Assembly: GCA_963675245.1 (NCBI GenBank)
Contig: OY775910.1
Span: forward strand, 288,001-352,000
DNA: 64,000 nucleotides
Origin: Acholeplasmataceae bacterium
Lineage (GTDB): Bacteria; Bacillota_I; Bacilli_A; Acholeplasmatales; Acholeplasmataceae
Reading direction: 5' to 3'
Position numbers and translations under genes: made by a program. The number at the start of each line of letters is the position of its first letter. Position 1 is the first letter of the stretch. Shown one piece after another: positions 62,567 to 64,000 of the stretch. Under the pieces are notes generated by a model. The model saw only the letters and a list, made by a program, of their open reading frames with translations, had not been told where the DNA came from and ran no database searches.

Positions 62567-63100
62567 TCAATCGTAAGTCGTCAAATCAAGATCAATTGTA
62601 TTTGTCGTAGCTTGTTCACCATCATATATAATAATATGTAATATATCTCCCTCAAGTTGGTAATCAACCTCATATATAGCCGTTTCTGTTGCTGTACTTG
62701 ATATTTTTCTTGAATATAAGAAATTTTCTTTTAAATAAACCGTTGATATCCCACTTTCACCAAAGCCTGTTCCTATTAAGTACACTTTATGATGATCATT
62801 TTCCAATGATCTCATACCATGAAAACCAAAAATATTGATAATCAGCAACACAAACATTAATGAAATACCTAAGAGTAAAGTCATCGTTTTAGATGCTTTA
62901 CCCTTCATTGATGTTGTCACATACACCAATACAGATATGACAAATAATGTTAATATGATGATAATTTCATCCCATCTTGTCCAAAACTCGTAATTTAAAG
63001 AAATATTCGGGAGAATAGATTTTAAACCATATAAAATAAAAAACAATAATCCAAAAATGATTGTCAAGATTAAAGAGATTTTTTTAACTTTGTTTTTCAT
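62567..63100 (-). CDS. Hypothetical three-TM membrane protein
   Basis: 177-aa AT-rich ORF, RBS GTGGGG. Confidence 0.7.
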   Translation of the reverse strand: MKNKVKKISLILTIIFGLLFFILYGLKSILPNISLNYEFWTRWDEIIIILTLFVISVLVYVTTSMKGKASKTMTLLLGISLMFVLLIINIFGFHGMRSLENDHHKVYLIGTGFGESGISTVYLKENFLYSRKISSTATETAIYEVDYQLEGDILHIIIYDGEQATTNTIDLDLTTYD

Positions 63101-63188
63101 ATTTTCCCCACTTTGAATAAAGATTAGTTGCTATGATTTTACATGAAACATAAAGAAAAAGCAATGCTCGATTGCTTTTCATTTTGTA

Positions 63189-63419
63189 CTACTTTAATAA
63201 TTTTTCAATTGCTTTAACACTTGGAACCTGACCACTTGAGACAACTTTTTCATCCACGACTAATCCAGGTGTTCTCATAATGCCATAAGCTAAGATATCT
63301 TCATAGTCTGTTACTTTTGTAATCGTTGCTTCAATTTTTAAGTTACTTGCAGCTTCTTTTGCGTTTTCAGCGAGTTTGATGCAGTTTCTGCATCCCGATC
63401 CTAAAATTTTAATTTCCAT
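63189..63419 (-). CDS. Small redox-active disulfide protein (thioredoxin-like)
   Basis: MEIKILGSGCRNC, YGIMRTPGLVVD, SSG.VP. Confidence 0.92.
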   Translation of the reverse strand: MEIKILGSGCRNCIKLAENAKEAASNLKIEATITKVTDYEDILAYGIMRTPGLVVDEKVVSSGQVPSVKAIEKLLK

Positions 63420-63435
63420 TTCTTTTCTCCTTTTA

Positions 63436-64000
63436 CTAAGTTAATAAATATCCGAATGCATTAAATGCATAACCTGTCAAGATAATTCCAATCACAACAA
63501 TCCCAATAAATGTCAAGAGCAGCTTTGTTTTAACCACTCTTTTTAATAACATGATTGATGGTAAGCTTAATGCTGTCACTGCCATCATGAATGCGAGTAC
63601 TGTACCAATACCGACACCTTTTAATACAAGTGCTTCTGCAATAGGTAACGTACCAAAGATATCCGCATACATTGGGACACCTGCAAATGTTGCGATTATC
63701 ACTGAGAATGGGTTGTTTTCTCCAAGCACCGTTTCAATCCACGTTTGTGGAATATAACCATGAATGATTGCACCTATACCGACACCAATCAATATATATA
63801 TCCAAACTTTTTTGATAATGTTAATGACTTCACCAACTGCGTATTTGTGTCGTTCTTTTTTAGTTTGCTCCAAAATCACGTTACATGATTCATCGCTTTT
63901 CGCAGAAACAAAATCTTCTATATATTTATCCATTTTAAATAAATCAATGAGAGTTCCGCCAATGACCGCAACCACTAAACCAAACACGACATACGCGAGT
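63436..64000 (-). CDS. ArsP-type permease (5' end outside window)
   Basis: GVGIGAIIHG, GVPMYAD..PIAEAL, FMMAVTALSLPS; typical pairing with the small thioredoxin-like gene. Confidence 0.9.
   Translation of the reverse strand, partial: LAYVVFGLVVAVIGGTLIDLFKMDKYIEDFVSAKSDESCNVILEQTKKERHKYAVGEVINIIKKVWIYILIGVGIGAIIHGYIPQTWIETVLGENNPFSVIIATFAGVPMYADIFGTLPIAEALVLKGVGIGTVLAFMMAVTALSLPSIMLLKRVVKTKLLLTFIGIVVIGIILTGYAFNAFGYLLT

Overview
Low-GC bacterial chromosome segment, most likely an Acholeplasmatales-type mollicute. This is inferred from Firmicutes-like gene content, compact operons, TGA used as stop and TGG for Trp (code 11). Most genes are on the minus strand and are housekeeping: thrS with a T-box, polA-mutM-coaE-dnaB-dnaI, ftsY-ylxM-ffh, topA, ftsK-lepB-rbgA-rnhB, phoH-ybeY-cdd-era-recO-glyS-dnaG-rpoD-trmK, rpsU, secG, an iron ABC operon, cysK/cysE, glnA, sdaA, ZIP-DtxR-mgtE-mgtE, tldDE and pepT. 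There is one IS30 element and one tRNA-Arg(TCT). The standout feature is at about 21.9-24.7 kb, directly downstream of tRNA-Arg: an integrase-free tandem array of five tiny (0.35-0.86 kb) single-gene cassettes. Each is built as terminator, extended -10 promoter, RBS, one ORF and a copy of the tRNA 3' half that begins at the anticodon loop. The copies are near-perfect next to the tRNA and heavily decayed further out. This looks like an integron-like, chronologically ordered gene-capture array using a tRNA attachment site. A second notable feature is a candidate free-standing ~105-nt sRNA with two C-rich anti-Shine-Dalgarno-like motifs between topA and tpx. All calls come from reading the sequence by eye; no searches were run.
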